DNA of 64,000 nt from the NCBI GenBank assembly GCA_041178225.1, contig JBEGVV010000258.1:1514-65513 (forward strand), in the 5' to 3' direction. Shown one piece after another: positions 1 through 11,599 of the stretch. The notes below the pieces were generated by a model. That model made no database searches, had not been told where the DNA came from, and saw nothing but the letters and a program-made list of their open reading frames with translations. The first letter of the stretch is position 1. Each line of letters starts with the position of its first letter. Source of the stretch: Pseudomonadota bacterium. Lineage in GTDB: Bacteria > Pseudomonadota > Alphaproteobacteria > CACIAM-22H2. The position numbers and the translations under genes are program-made.

Positions 1-318
1 ATCGGGGCGACATGGTGCTCGCAGAAGGACTCGAAGCGGATGTCGCGCAGCACGACCATCTCGTCGTAGCCCTCGGTCTCCTCGAAGGTGCGCTCGAGGA
101 TCGACACGGGATCCTCGTTGTAGCCGGCGAACCACTCCTCGTAGGCGCGCACGACGCGCTCGGGAGTGCCGAGCAGGCCCTCGCGGTCCGGGTCGTCGCC
201 GGTCCAGCGCAGGAGCGTGCGGACCGCCGCCTCGGCCTCGGACCGGGTCGGGCGGACGAGGCGCGAGGCCTCGTCGCGGTCGTGGCTGGACTGGGCCGGC
301 TGGGCGAGGTCGAGTTGC
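1..318 (-). CDS. folE: GTP cyclohydrolase I (FolE), N-terminal portion; the C-terminus lies beyond the window start
   Basis: Reverse-strand translation from the ATG at 318 reads MQLDLAQPA...[33 protein letters not shown]...[17 protein letters not shown], which carries the classic FolE motifs. The + ORF 12..425 is its antisense shadow. Confidence 0.8.
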
Positions 319-409
319 ATGTGCGATCCTTCCGTTCGTTCCGTATCTATACGGATGGGCTGGAGGATCGGATCACCAGCCCGGCAAAGTTACTTCGGGG
401 GCCCTGCGC

Positions 410-766
410 TCAGCTGCCGCGATAGGTCGCGTAGGACCAGGGGCTGGCGAGAAGCGGCACGTGGTAGTGCGCGGAGGCGTCGGCGACCGCGAAGCGCAGC
501 ACGATCTCGTCCAGGAAGGGCGGGTCGCTCAGCGCCATGCCATGGGCGCGGAAATAGTCGCCCGCCGCGAAGACCAGCTCGTAGCGCCCGGCGCGCATCG
601 CCTCGCCTTCCAGCAGGGGGGCGTCGGTCCGCCCGTTGGCGTTGGTCAGCCCGGCGGCGACCTGGACCCGGCGCTCGCCCTCGAGGCGGTGCAGGACGAA
701 GGCGATGCCGCCGCCGGGCACGCCGCGCGCGGTGTCGAGGACATGGGTCGTGAGGCGTCCTGCCAT
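410..766 (-). CDS. uraH: 5-hydroxyisourate hydrolase (transthyretin-like HIUase)
   Basis: 118 aa. Contains HVLDTARG, a His-His pair and the diagnostic C-terminal YRGS tetrapeptide. Confidence 0.85.
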   Translation of the reverse strand: MAGRLTTHVLDTARGVPGGGIAFVLHRLEGERRVQVAAGLTNANGRTDAPLLEGEAMRAGRYELVFAAGDYFRAHGMALSDPPFLDEIVLRFAVADASAHYHVPLLASPWSYATYRGS

Positions 767-769
767 GGC

Positions 770-1681
770 TCAGCCCGCCCGCGCGACGAAGAACAGCGCG
801 ACGGCGCCCGCGATGGCGGCCGGCCAGATCCAGCGCCCCTCCTCCGTCCTGCCCTTGTCGTGGAGCAGGAACCAGTGGCGGACGATGGCGCCGATGACGA
901 TCAGCCCGGTGAGGATCGCCCATGCGTAGGCGCTGCCCCAGGTCGAGGAGAAGTTCTTCGACAGCATCATGAAGACGACGGGAAGCGTCAGGTAGGAGTT
1001 GTGCGTCGAGCGGATCTTGCCCTGCAGCCCGCGATCGGCATCCGGCGCGCGACCCGCGGTCACCGCCTCCACCATCGCGCGCTGGTTGGGGATGATGATC
1101 ATCCAGACATTGGCGACCATCAGCGTGCCGATGAGCGCGCCGACATGGACGAAGGCCGCCTGGGGCTGCATGACGCGGCAGAGGGCCCAGATCACGACCA
1201 CCAGCGCCGCGAAGCCGATCGCGGCGGCGTGCAGCGGGCGGGCGCGCCCGAGCGCCGAGCGGAACAGCGCGTCGTAGAGAAGCCAGGACAGGCAGACGAG
1301 CGCCGCGAAGAAGGCCGTGGCGCCGGCGCCGCCGAGCGCGGCGAGGCGCGGCTCGACGAACACGTCGCCGCCCATGCCGTAGTGGAAGACCAGCAGCAGC
1401 AGCAGGGCCCCCGTGACGAAGGTCATCCCGGCCTCCCACTTGAACCAGTGGAGGCGCCGCGGCAGCGCGGGCGGCGCGACGCCGAACTTCTCGACGCGGT
1501 AGAAGCCGCCGCCATGCACGGACCAGGCCTCGCCGGCCACGCCTGCGCGCGGCGGGTCGGGCGGCTCCAGCGAGGCATCGAGCCACATGAAGTAGAGCGA
1601 CGACCCGATCCAGGCGATGCCGAACATCACGTGGGCCCAGCGGATCGCCAGGTTCAGCCATTCGTGGACGAGTGGATCCAT
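770..1681 (-). CDS. Integral membrane protein resembling the membrane domain of urate hydroxylase PuuD (Urate_ox_N/DUF989-like). No cytochrome c CxxCH motif is visible.
   Basis: 303 aa with several hydrophobic helices. It sits 4 nt downstream of uraH on the same strand. The stretch FYRVEKFGV..HWFKWEAG is reminiscent of the PuuD N-terminal domain. Confidence 0.55.
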   Translation of the reverse strand: MDPLVHEWLNLAIRWAHVMFGIAWIGSSLYFMWLDASLEPPDPPRAGVAGEAWSVHGGGFYRVEKFGVAPPALPRRLHWFKWEAGMTFVTGALLLLLVFHYGMGGDVFVEPRLAALGGAGATAFFAALVCLSWLLYDALFRSALGRARPLHAAAIGFAALVVVIWALCRVMQPQAAFVHVGALIGTLMVANVWMIIIPNQRAMVEAVTAGRAPDADRGLQGKIRSTHNSYLTLPVVFMMLSKNFSSTWGSAYAWAILTGLIVIGAIVRHWFLLHDKGRTEEGRWIWPAAIAGAVALFFVARAG

Positions 1682-1714
1682 CGCCTGCCCCCAGCCTTGA
1701 CGGTAGGTCCCCTC

Positions 1715-2215
1715 TTACGTCGCCCCCCGTCCGGCGTCCACAGGGGCCTCGAGCCGCGCGGCGTCGAGCGGCGCGAGGTCGGGCGGGACCCAGCCGCGCC
1801 GCGCCTCGACCGAGAGCAGCCCGGACCGGCTCCAGAAGGCGAAGATCCCGTCCTTCGAGCCGAGCGGGCTGTCGACGAAGGCGTCGACGAGCCCGGCCAG
1901 GCCCGCGGGCCCCGCGCGCTCGAGGAAGCGCGCGGCCGCCCAGGCGTAATAGCGCGTCACGGTCTCGTGGTAGCCGCGCGTGTCGCTGTTCGGCACGCCG
2001 ACCGCCTCGTTGTAGGCGCGGATCCCGTCGCGCAGCATCGCGAGCGCGGCGTCCTCGCCATACCGGAGGACATGCCAGAGGCCGACCGCGAGATGGGCCT
2101 GGTGCGTCCAGGCCTCGCGCGGCAGGGTGCGCGCGCGGAAGCGGTGGACGATGTCCTCCACGGCCTGGTCCCCGCGCAGCGGCGCGAATCTCCGCGATGG
2201 CGTCTCCATGGACAT
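1715..2215 (-). CDS. Hypothetical protein
   Basis: 166-aa ORF with normal amino-acid composition (not Arg/Ala-biased), lying in a gap between annotated genes. I recognise no motif. Confidence 0.45.
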   Translation of the reverse strand: MSMETPSRRFAPLRGDQAVEDIVHRFRARTLPREAWTHQAHLAVGLWHVLRYGEDAALAMLRDGIRAYNEAVGVPNSDTRGYHETVTRYYAWAAARFLERAGPAGLAGLVDAFVDSPLGSKDGIFAFWSRSGLLSVEARRGWVPPDLAPLDAARLEAPVDAGRGAT

Positions 2216-2349
2216 GCGCGATCCCCTCCAAGGCCATCATGGCAGCAGGCGACCGCGCGCAGAAGCCGCACCGCGCCCGCGCCTCGATTGACAGCCTGCG
2301 CGCCGGCCATAGAGTGCGGCGCTTCGGGGAGCCGGGGCGGAGCCTGTCG

Positions 2350-3759
2350 ATGAGCAGCGAGACCGAGGGCGCGGGCCGGTACCGGCTCGTGCCGCTGATC
2401 GTCTCCTCCGCCCTTTTCATGCAGAACCTGGACTCGACGGTGCTGACCACGGCGCTGCCGACGATCGCGCGCGACTTCGGCGCCGATCCCCTGCACCTCA
2501 AGCTCGCGCTGACCTCCTACCTGATGGCGCTCGCCGTTTTCGTGCCTGCCTCGGGCTGGATCGCCGATCGCTTCGGCGCGCGGCCGGTCTTCCAGGCGGC
2601 GCTCGGCGTCTTCGCGCTGGGCTCGGCGGGCTGCGCGCTGTCCTGGGACCTCGCCAGCCTGGTCGGCGCGCGGCTGGTGCAGGGCATCGGCGGGGCGATG
2701 ATGCTGCCCGTGGCGCGCCTGCTCGTGCTGCGCAGCGTGCCGCGGGGCGAGATGGTCGCCGCCTTCGCGATGCTCAGCATGCCGGCGCTGGTTGCGCCGA
2801 TCATGGGCCCGCCCGTCGGCGGCTTCCTGACCTCCTTCCTGTCCTGGCACTGGATCTTCTGGATCAACCTGCCGATCGCGGCCATCGGCGCGGCGCTCGC
2901 GGCGCGCCATGTCCCGCGCCTGCCGCCCGACGCGCCCGCGTCCTTCGATGTCGTCGGCTTCCTGCTCGTCGGCCCCGGCCTCGCCCTCGTGCTGACCGGG
3001 ATCACCCTGCTCGACATGGACCTGCTGGGGCGCGCGGCGCTCGCGGCGATCCTCGGGCTGGGCGTGGCGATGCTCGTGCTCTACGTCGCCTGGGCGCGAC
3101 GCCACCCCGCGGCGCCGATCGACCTGCGGCTCCTGCGCATCCCGACCTTCCGCGCGGGGATCCTGGGCGGCCTGTTCTTCCGCGTCGGCGTGGGCGCGAG
3201 CCCGTTCCTGCTTCCTCTCCTTCTCCAGGAGGGTTTCGGGCGCAGCGCCTTCGAGGCCGGGCTCGTCACCTTCGGCGCCGGCGTCGGCGCGCTGGCGATG
3301 AAGCCGCTCGCGCCGCGGATCGTCGGCGCGGCCGGCTTCCGCCGCGTGCTGCTCGCCAACGCCGTGCTGTCGTCGCTCCTTGTCGCCGTGCCGGGCCTGT
3401 TCCGGCCCGACTGGGCGGCCTGGGCGCTGTTCGGGGCCCTGCTGGCGGGCGGCTTCTCGCGATCGCTGCAGTTCACCACGGTGAACGCGCTGCTCTACGC
3501 CGACGTGCCGCGCGAGGACCTGAGCCGCGCCACGACCTTCGGCTCGGTGATGCAGGAGCTCGCCGGCACGTTCGGGGTCGCCACGGCCGCCCTCGCGCTG
3601 GCGGCGATGCAGGACATGAGGGGCCGCGCCGGGCTCGACGCGCTCGACTTCCCCGTCGTCTTCGCGCTCGTGGGCGCGATCTCGCTGGCGTCCGCCCTCG
3701 CCTTCCTGCGCCTGCCCGCCGACGCCGGGCGCGACCTCGCCCGGCGCGGCGGCGGCTGA
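2350..3759 (+). CDS. MFS transporter (DHA2/EmrB-like, 14 TMS type)
   Basis: Start MSSETEGAGRYRLVPLIV. It has the typical MFS N-terminus LDSTVLTTALPTIARDFG and many TM helices. The upstream 220 aa of the six-frame ORF is an Arg-rich artefact. Confidence 0.85.
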   Translation: MSSETEGAGRYRLVPLIVSSALFMQNLDSTVLTTALPTIARDFGADPLHLKLALTSYLMALAVFVPASGWIADRFGARPVFQAALGVFALGSAGCALSWDLASLVGARLVQGIGGAMMLPVARLLVLRSVPRGEMVAAFAMLSMPALVAPIMGPPVGGFLTSFLSWHWIFWINLPIAAIGAALAARHVPRLPPDAPASFDVVGFLLVGPGLALVLTGITLLDMDLLGRAALAAILGLGVAMLVLYVAWARRHPAAPIDLRLLRIPTFRAGILGGLFFRVGVGASPFLLPLLLQEGFGRSAFEAGLVTFGAGVGALAMKPLAPRIVGAAGFRRVLLANAVLSSLLVAVPGLFRPDWAAWALFGALLAGGFSRSLQFTTVNALLYADVPREDLSRATTFGSVMQELAGTFGVATAALALAAMQDMRGRAGLDALDFPVVFALVGAISLASALAFLRLPADAGRDLARRGGG

Positions 3760-4917
3760 TCAGCCGAGGCCCATCAGCTTCTCGATCGCCGACAGCTGGA
3801 TCATCGCCGCGTCGACCATCTCGGCCACGGGGACGGACTCGTTCGCGGCATGGCCCGCGACGCCCGAGCCCGGGCCGATGTTGATGATCTCGATCCCGTC
3901 GTCGGCGAAGTAGCGGCCATCCGACACGCCGGTGGCGTTCAGGAACCGCGCCGGCTTGCCGAGGCGCTCGCGGATCGCCGCCGAGAGCGCCGCGATCGCC
4001 ATGCCGTCGGCCGAGCCCTTGAAGCCGTTCGTCCCGGTGAGGAACTCGCAGCTCCACGATCCCTTCGGCTCGCCCGCGCGGCGCAGCGTGTCCTCGAGCT
4101 CGCGATAGGCGGACTTGACGCGCTCGCTCGGCAGCAGCCGGCGGTCGATCTCGACGACGCAGGACGCCGGCACGACGTTCGTGTTGTGGCCGCCGCGGAT
4201 CATCCCGACATTCATCGTCGAGCGCATCGCGCCATCGACGCGCGCGGCGATGCGCGGAGCCAGGTCCCTGTCGATGGCGCCGAGCAGGCGCATCATGCGC
4301 GCGATCGCGTTGTCGCCGGCGGCGGGGTTGCCCGCATGCGCGGCCTTCCCCTTCGTCGTGATGCGCGCCCAGAAGACGCCGCGCTCCGAGACGATCATCT
4401 GGTTCTCGGTCTGCGCGCCGAGGATCAGCGCGTCGGGCTTCACGTGGCCGGCGTCGCGCAGGAAGGACATGCCCTCCGGCCCGAGGTTCTCCTCGTCCGC
4501 GACGAAGGTGAAGCAGACCTCGCCGCGACGCGGGCCGCCGCGGCGCGCGATCTCCTCGGCCAGCCAGAGCTGCACCGCCATCGAGCCCTTGCAGTTGCCC
4601 GCGCCGAGGCCGAAGACGAGGCCTCCCTTCGCGACCGCCTTGTAGGGATCGGTCTTCCAGTCCGAGCGCTCGCCGACGCCGACCGTGTCGACATGGGCGT
4701 TGAAGACGATGCGCGGGCTGCCCTTGCCGAGCTTGGCCACGACGTTGTCGACGCCCTTGCTGCGCGCCAGCACCTTCGTGCGGTAGCCGGCCTTGCGCAG
4801 CCGCGTCGCCGCGTAGCGGCAGATCTCCACGCTCTCGCCCGGCGGGAAGGGCGACGGGATCGCGATCAGGTCGGACAGGATCGACGTCAGCGACCTGGCG
4901 AGGGCTTTCTCGTTCAT
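3760..4917 (-). CDS. M20 family metallopeptidase / amidohydrolase (ArgE/DapE-like)
   Basis: 385 aa. Shows M20 signatures: HVDTV, a DEE-type motif (FVADEENLG) and GHAGNP. Confidence 0.8.
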   Translation of the reverse strand: MNEKALARSLTSILSDLIAIPSPFPPGESVEICRYAATRLRKAGYRTKVLARSKGVDNVVAKLGKGSPRIVFNAHVDTVGVGERSDWKTDPYKAVAKGGLVFGLGAGNCKGSMAVQLWLAEEIARRGGPRRGEVCFTFVADEENLGPEGMSFLRDAGHVKPDALILGAQTENQMIVSERGVFWARITTKGKAAHAGNPAAGDNAIARMMRLLGAIDRDLAPRIAARVDGAMRSTMNVGMIRGGHNTNVVPASCVVEIDRRLLPSERVKSAYRELEDTLRRAGEPKGSWSCEFLTGTNGFKGSADGMAIAALSAAIRERLGKPARFLNATGVSDGRYFADDGIEIINIGPGSGVAGHAANESVPVAEMVDAAMIQLSAIEKLMGLG

Positions 4918-4942
4918 GGGCAGGCGTGCCTTTGCGTGGGTT

Positions 4943-6214
4943 TCAGCGGTTGGCGAGGGCGGCGAGCGTGTCGGCGAGGACGCGCGTGCCGTTGGCGAGG
5001 TCGCGCGGCGTGGCGTCCTCGGTCTCGTTGTGGCTCACGCCCTTCCAGCAGGGCACGAAGACCATGCCCGCCGGCGCCACCTTCGCGACGTGCATCGCGT
5101 CGTGGCCGGCGCCGGAGATCATGTCGATGTGGCGGAAGCCCAGGGCGGCGGTCGCCTCGCGCACCCGCGCGACGGTCTCGGCGCCGAAGGGCACCGGCGC
5201 GACGGTCGTGTACTCCGTGACCTCGACCGTGCAGCCGCGGCGCGCGGCCTCCGCCTCGCAGGTCGGCTGGATCGCGTCGCCGAGCCGCTTGAGCGTCGCC
5301 GGGTCGGGATGGCGGAGGTCGACCAGGAAATGCACCTTGCTCGGCACGGTCGAGGGCGAGCCCGGGTAGATCTCGAAGCGGCCGACGGTGAAGCGCACGG
5401 TGTCGGTCGGGTCGTCCATCACCTTCTCGAGCGCGAGCACCATGGATGCCGCCGACTTGAGCGCGTCCTTGCGCAGGCGCAGCGGCGTCGTGCCGGAATG
5501 CGCCTCCTCGCCATGGACGTCGACGTAGAAGCGGCGCATGCCCTGGATCAGCGTGACCACGCCGATCTCGTTGCCCGTGTTCTCCAGGATCGGCCCCTGC
5601 TCGATATGCGCCTCGATGTAGGAGTCGATCGGGAAGCCGAGGCGCGGCTCGAGCCGCGCGGGCGCCGCGGCGAGCACCTCGCCGAAGGCCTCGCGCACGG
5701 TCTTGCCCTTCGGGTCCTTGCCGTCGAGCAGCGTCCCGAGGTCATAGGCGCCAACGAAGGCGCCCGAGCCCATGCAGCCAGGCTGGAAGCGGTTGCCCTC
5801 CTCGTTGGTCCACGCGACCGCCATCACCGGGCGCTTCGTCGCGATGCCCGCGTCGTCGAGCGCCTCCAGCACCTCGAAGGCCGCCAGCACGCCATAGGTG
5901 CCGTCGAACCTGCCGCCGGTCGGCTGGCTGTCGAGATGCGAGCCGGAGACGACCGGCCTCGCGTCGGGGTCGGTCCCGGGCCGCTTGACGAAGAGGTTGC
6001 CGATGGGATCGGTGAAGACCTCGTAGCCGCGCGCGGCAGCCCAGCTGCCGAGCAGCCCGCGCGCCGCGGCGTCCTCGGCGCTGAGCGCCTGGCGGTTGAC
6101 GCCGCCCTTCGCCGTCGCGCCCAGCTTCGCCATCTCCATGTGGCGCTGCCAGAGCCGCTCCTCGCGGACATGGTCGGAGGCGCGCGTGTTGGCGCCGCGT
6201 GGCGTCGTCGACAT
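4943..6214 (-). CDS. Zn-dependent hydrolase of the hydantoinase/carbamoylase amidase family (allantoate amidohydrolase / N-carbamoyl-amino-acid hydrolase-like, M20)
   Basis: 423 aa. Motifs GSHLDSQPTGGRFDG, NEEG, EAHIEQGP and HSGT are typical of the AllC/AmaB family. It lies between the urease genes and the other M20 gene. Confidence 0.8.
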   Translation of the reverse strand: MSTTPRGANTRASDHVREERLWQRHMEMAKLGATAKGGVNRQALSAEDAAARGLLGSWAAARGYEVFTDPIGNLFVKRPGTDPDARPVVSGSHLDSQPTGGRFDGTYGVLAAFEVLEALDDAGIATKRPVMAVAWTNEEGNRFQPGCMGSGAFVGAYDLGTLLDGKDPKGKTVREAFGEVLAAAPARLEPRLGFPIDSYIEAHIEQGPILENTGNEIGVVTLIQGMRRFYVDVHGEEAHSGTTPLRLRKDALKSAASMVLALEKVMDDPTDTVRFTVGRFEIYPGSPSTVPSKVHFLVDLRHPDPATLKRLGDAIQPTCEAEAARRGCTVEVTEYTTVAPVPFGAETVARVREATAALGFRHIDMISGAGHDAMHVAKVAPAGMVFVPCWKGVSHNETEDATPRDLANGTRVLADTLAALANR

Positions 6215-6271
6215 GGCTGGTCGTCTCCCTCGGCGAAAGGACGGCGAATAAGCCGGAACCCGCGGCCGGGT

Positions 6272-6913
6272 TCAAGCCCCGCGGGCGGGGCGCGGCCGCA
6301 GGCCGCCGGCCTTGCAGATGAAGTCCGCGACCTCCGCCACGCCCTTTCCGGCCCGCACGTTCGCGAACAGGAAGGGCCTTTGGCCGCGCATGCGCCGCGC
6401 GTCGCGGTCCATGACCTCGAGCGAGGCGCCGACATGCGGCGCGAGGTCGATCTTGTTGATGACCAGCAGGTCGGAGCGCGTGATGCCCGGGCCGCCCTTG
6501 CGCGGGATCTTCTCCCCGGCGGCGACGTCGATCACGTAGATCGTGATGTCGGCGAGCTCGGGCGAGAAGGTGGCGGCGAGGTTGTCGCCGCCCGACTCGA
6601 TGAACATGAGCTCGAGCCCCGGGAAGCGGCGGTTCATCTGCTCCACCGCGGCGAGGTTGATCGAGGCGTCCTCGCGGATCGCGGTATGCGGGCAGCCGCC
6701 CGTCTCGACGCCCATGATGCGCTCCGGCGCCAGCGCGCCCGAGCGCGTCAGGAACTCCGCGTCCTCCTTCGTGTAGATGTCGTTGGTGATCGCGGCGACG
6801 TCGAGCCGCTCGCGCATGGACTTGCACAGCGCGTCGACCAGCGCGGTCTTGCCGGAGCCGACCGGGCCGCCGACGCCGACGCGCAGCGGGCCCGTCGAGG
6901 AACGATTGGTCAT
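6272..6913 (-). CDS. ureG: Urease accessory protein UreG (GTPase)
   Basis: Contains GPVGSGKT (P-loop), ESGGDNL and NKIDL. Confidence 0.95.
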   Translation of the reverse strand: MTNRSSTGPLRVGVGGPVGSGKTALVDALCKSMRERLDVAAITNDIYTKEDAEFLTRSGALAPERIMGVETGGCPHTAIREDASINLAAVEQMNRRFPGLELMFIESGGDNLAATFSPELADITIYVIDVAAGEKIPRKGGPGITRSDLLVINKIDLAPHVGASLEVMDRDARRMRGQRPFLFANVRAGKGVAEVADFICKAGGLRPRPARGA

Positions 6914-7608
6914 GAGCGGAACAGCCTCGTGTACTGGGTTTCGTGGCGGATGGAGAGCAGGTCGATCGCCGGGGCCGTGGAGAACACGTCGTCGACGGAG
7001 GCGATGTACGCGCCCCGCGCGGCGGCGCGCGCCGCCTCCACCTCGAGCGCGGCGATCGCGCGCTGCCCGTCGGTCTGGCCCAGCGGCACGAGCCGCACCC
7101 CGGCGGAGACGAGGTTCGCGGCGACGGCGTGCAGGTGCGCCAGCAGCAATTCCTCGAGCGGCAGGTCCCAGGCCGCGCCCGCGATGGCGACCGCCACGGG
7201 ATGCGCGACCTCGATGCCGCGCGCGGCCAGCATGTCGCCCGCCGCGGCAAGCGCGGGGCGCGGCCAGGCCGCCCGCACCGTGGCGAGGAAGGCGCGACCC
7301 TGCGCCTGGCTCTCCAGCGCGAGCTCGGCGGAGCCGCGCATCGCCGCGGCGCGCTCCGCGACCGTGGCGAGCGCATCGTCGTCGCCTTCCCGGCAGGCAC
7401 GCCAGGCAAGGGCCAGGAACGCGGCATCCGCATGCCCGGCGCCGCGCGACAGGACCGTCGCCACGTAGTCGACCAGCGTCGCCAGGTCGCGCACGCGCCC
7501 GTCCTCGACCGCCATCTCGATGCCGTGGCTGTAGCTGAACGCGCCGGTCGGGAAGGACGGGGACATCCAGGCGAGCAGCCTCGGCAATGTCGTCTCGGGC
7601 CCGGCCAT
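6910..7608 (-). CDS. ureF: Urease accessory protein UreF
   Basis: Start [29 protein letters not shown]. Its position between ureE and ureG is the canonical order. The longer six-frame ORF upstream of this start is an out-of-frame read of the ureE His-tail. Confidence 0.85.
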   Translation of the reverse strand: MAGPETTLPRLLAWMSPSFPTGAFSYSHGIEMAVEDGRVRDLATLVDYVATVLSRGAGHADAAFLALAWRACREGDDDALATVAERAAAMRGSAELALESQAQGRAFLATVRAAWPRPALAAAGDMLAARGIEVAHPVAVAIAGAAWDLPLEELLLAHLHAVAANLVSAGVRLVPLGQTDGQRAIAALEVEAARAAARGAYIASVDDVFSTAPAIDLLSIRHETQYTRLFRS

Positions 7609-7609
7609 C

Positions 7610-8209
7610 TCAGTGGCGATGGCCATGCCGGTGGTGGCCGTGGCCATGGTCGTGGCCATGGTCGTGGTCGTGGCCATGGTCGTGGTCGTGGCCATGGCCG
7701 TGGTCGTGCGCGTGCCCATGCCCGTGGCCATGCCCATGGTCGTGGGCGTGGGCATGGCCGTGGCGCGCCTCGCCGGCATGGGCGTAGGCGCCCTGCTCCG
7801 GGGTGAAGGCTGCCTCCAGCCGCGCGACGCGCGCGCCGAGCCCTTCCAGCATCGAGACGATGACATGGTCGTCGCGGATGCGCAGGCGGCCCGGCAGGAT
7901 CTCCACCGGGAGGTGCCGGTTGCCGAGATGCCAGGCGAGGCGCGCCAGCGCGGCGGCGCTCTCCGCCTCAACGTCGCAGACCTTCTCCGGCGCGGCCGCC
8001 ACCTCGATCACGTCGCCCGTCTCGAGCACCAGGCCGTCGCCGGCATTCATCACCCGCGCCTCCGGCAGGTCGAGCAGGAAGGGCGCGCCGTCGTCCGTCG
8101 CGAGCGCGATGCGCCGGCGGTGGCGGTTGTCGAAGTCGAGGGTCGCGACCCCGACCCGGCGCCGCAGCGGCCAGGCGCCCTTCGGCACCACCTCGATCGC
8201 CCTGCGCAT
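7610..8209 (-). CDS. ureE: Urease accessory protein UreE with a roughly 50-aa His-rich C-terminal tail
   Basis: Starts [17 protein letters not shown]. Carries the UreE core and ends in [15 protein letters not shown]...[10 protein letters not shown]. Confidence 0.85.
   Translation of the reverse strand: MRRAIEVVPKGAWPLRRRVGVATLDFDNRHRRRIALATDDGAPFLLDLPEARVMNAGDGLVLETGDVIEVAAAPEKVCDVEAESAAALARLAWHLGNRHLPVEILPGRLRIRDDHVIVSMLEGLGARVARLEAAFTPEQGAYAHAGEARHGHAHAHDHGHGHGHGHAHDHGHGHDHDHGHDHDHGHDHGHGHHRHGHRH
7613..7765. repeat. Near-perfect short tandem nucleotide repeats (9/18-nt units of GTGGCCATGGTCGTGGTCGTG type) that encode the His-Gly/Asp tail of UreE
   Basis: The + strand reads gtggccatggtcgtggccatggtcgtggtcgtggccatggtcgtggtcgtggccatggccgtggtcgtg. 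Confidence 0.75.
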
Positions 8210-8211
8210 GG

Positions 8212-9921
<1,710 letters not shown>

Positions 9922-9924
9922 GGC

Positions 9925-10296
9925 TCAGCCCCCCTTCCGCTTCGCGGCCTTGCGCTTCGGCGCGGCCGGCTTCCCCGCGGCGCGCCTCGCGTCCAGCGCG
10001 CCGTTCACCATGCCGCGGAAGCCATGGACGACACGGTCGCCGCCGAAGGCCACGAGCCCGACCTCGCGTGTCTGGCCGGGCTCGAAGCGCACCGCCGTGC
10101 CGGCGGGGATGTCGAGGCGCATGCCGCGCGCGGCCGCGCGGTCGAAGCGCAGCGCGGCGTTGGTCTCGTGGAAATGGTAGTGCGAGCCGACCTGGATCGG
10201 CCGGTCGCCGGTGTTGGCGACCTGGAGGCGCAGCGTGCGGCGGCCCGCGTTGAGCTCGATGTCCCCGGCCGCGAGGATGTATTCGCCCGGCTTCAT
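9925..10296 (-). CDS. ureB: Urease beta subunit UreB with a Lys/Ala-rich C-terminal extension
   Basis: Begins [19 protein letters not shown]...[13 protein letters not shown] and ends in a ...[18 protein letters not shown] tail. Confidence 0.9.
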   Translation of the reverse strand: MKPGEYILAAGDIELNAGRRTLRLQVANTGDRPIQVGSHYHFHETNAALRFDRAAARGMRLDIPAGTAVRFEPGQTREVGLVAFGGDRVVHGFRGMVNGALDARRAAGKPAAPKRKAAKRKGG

Positions 10297-10300
10297 GGCG

Positions 10301-10603
10301 TCACCTGATCGGCTGGTGGACGGTCACCAGCTTCGTGCCGTCCGGGAAGGTCGCCTCGACCTGGATCTCGTGGATCATCTCAGCCACGCCGGACATCACC
10401 TGGCCGCGCGCGACCACCTCGGCCCCCGACTTCATCAGGTCGGCGACGCTGCGCCCGTCCCGCGCGCCCTCGACGACATGGTCGGTGATCAGCGCGATCG
10501 CCTCGGGATGGTTGAGCTTCACGCCGCGCTCGAGGCGGCGGCGCGCCACCACGGCCGCCATCGCCACCAGCAGCTTGTCCTTCTCTCGGGGCGTCAGGTT
10601 CAT
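10301..10603 (-). CDS. ureA: Urease gamma subunit UreA
   Basis: 100 aa reading [13 protein letters not shown]...[10 protein letters not shown]. Confidence 0.95.
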   Translation of the reverse strand: MNLTPREKDKLLVAMAAVVARRRLERGVKLNHPEAIALITDHVVEGARDGRSVADLMKSGAEVVARGQVMSGVAEMIHEIQVEATFPDGTKLVTVHQPIR

Positions 10604-10651
10604 CTTGCCTCCCTCGCGGCGATCCCATCCATGCGGGTGGGTCGCCGTGCA

Positions 10652-11515
10652 TCAAATATGCCATAGCCTCGGCAGGCGCGCGGGCAATGATCCGCCCGCC
10701 GCGCGCAGGAAGCGCCAGGCCGCCGCGACGCCCCGGCGCAACGCCTGCGCGTCGGGCGAAAGGCCACGCACCAGCAGGATTTCGCCCATGCAGGAGGCAG
10801 CGATGCCTTCTCCGTGGCCTGCAAGCGCCGCGCGCAGGCCCTCGAGCAGCGCCGGGCCGTCCGCGCCGCAATAGGCGAGCGTCGCCATCGCGGCCGCGCC
10901 GTCGAGGGCGAAGGGCGCGTCGAGCGCCCCGGGGGCCTCGGGCCCGAGCGCGAGGGCATCGGCCCAGGCCAGCCTGCCATCGCGACGTATCTCCCAGCGA
11001 TCGCGCAGCCAGGCGCGCCCGATGGTCTCGCCGCGCGCGCGGCGCCCGAAGACCAGGATCTCCCCGGCGAGGCAGCGCGCGCCCGCGGCGAGGCTGATCG
11101 AGAGCCGTCGGTCCAGCCGGCTGGCGTCGAAGAGGATCGTCTCCTGCGGCATCCACTCGAGCCATGCGTCGCGCCCGGCCGACAGCGCGGTTCGGATCGC
11201 GACCTCGGGCCCGTCGGAGCGATAGACCTTCTCGGCCGACTGCCCGGTGACCAGCGCGCGCGCGCGATCCCCGACCTCGATCTCGGTACGCAGCGAGTCG
11301 CCGCCGACGAGCCCGCCCGCGGTGTTGAGCAGCACGACATGCGGGAGGGCGTCGTCCACGGGCTCGGGCAGCAGGACGCGCACGGGGTCGTGGTGCCAGA
11401 GTTCGCGCAGCCGCGTCGTCCCGGCGTCGTCGCGCAGCGTCACGCGCGCGCCGCCCTCGACGCGCACGCGCCTGCGCCCGCCAGCCATGCGCGAAGCATC
11501 CGCCACCATGTCCAT
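10652..11515 (-). CDS. ureD: Urease accessory protein UreD (UreH)
   Basis: 287 aa at the head of the ureDABCEFG order. It has a UreD-like sequence and starts the minus-strand operon. Confidence 0.8.
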   Translation of the reverse strand: MDMVADASRMAGGRRRVRVEGGARVTLRDDAGTTRLRELWHHDPVRVLLPEPVDDALPHVVLLNTAGGLVGGDSLRTEIEVGDRARALVTGQSAEKVYRSDGPEVAIRTALSAGRDAWLEWMPQETILFDASRLDRRLSISLAAGARCLAGEILVFGRRARGETIGRAWLRDRWEIRRDGRLAWADALALGPEAPGALDAPFALDGAAAMATLAYCGADGPALLEGLRAALAGHGEGIAASCMGEILLVRGLSPDAQALRRGVAAAWRFLRAAGGSLPARLPRLWHI

Positions 11516-11599
11516 CCCCGCATGCTAGGCGCGCGTCGCCGTGCTTGCCAAACACCGCCTGCCCCAGTCTCATGTCGCCAGGACGAGGGAGGGACCGAC

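Noticed and set aside
390-2501. Very long Arg/Ala/Gly-rich ORFs in the six-frame track. Examples: 390..2501 (minus, 703 aa), 461..2353 (plus, 630 aa), 4916..7468 (plus, 850 aa), 5742..7433 (minus), 21672..24371 (minus, 899 aa), 27017..29644 (minus, 875 aa) and 60616..62952 (plus, 778 aa).
   Set aside because: They overlap motif-supported genes in other frames or on the other strand. They have extreme Arg/Pro/Ala/Gly composition with no recognisable domains. This is the typical stop-codon depletion artefact of roughly 70% GC DNA.
6215-6271. Possible tRNA or terminator in the ureG / amidase intergenic region (GGTTCAAGCCCC resembles a T-loop).
   Set aside because: The region is only 57 bp and extends into coding sequence. 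A cloverleaf cannot be drawn. It is at most a weak GC-rich hairpin.
7587-7787. ORF encoding a Trp-Pro repeat peptide ([25 protein letters not shown]...).
   Set aside because: It is the antisense reading of the tandem repeats that encode the UreE His-rich tail. It has no independent support.
11516-11599. Sigma-54 (-24/-12) promoter upstream of ureD (TGGCAAGCACGGCGACGC).
   Set aside because: A GG element is present, but the downstream TTGC/-12 element at the correct 5-nt spacing is missing, so the match is not convincing.
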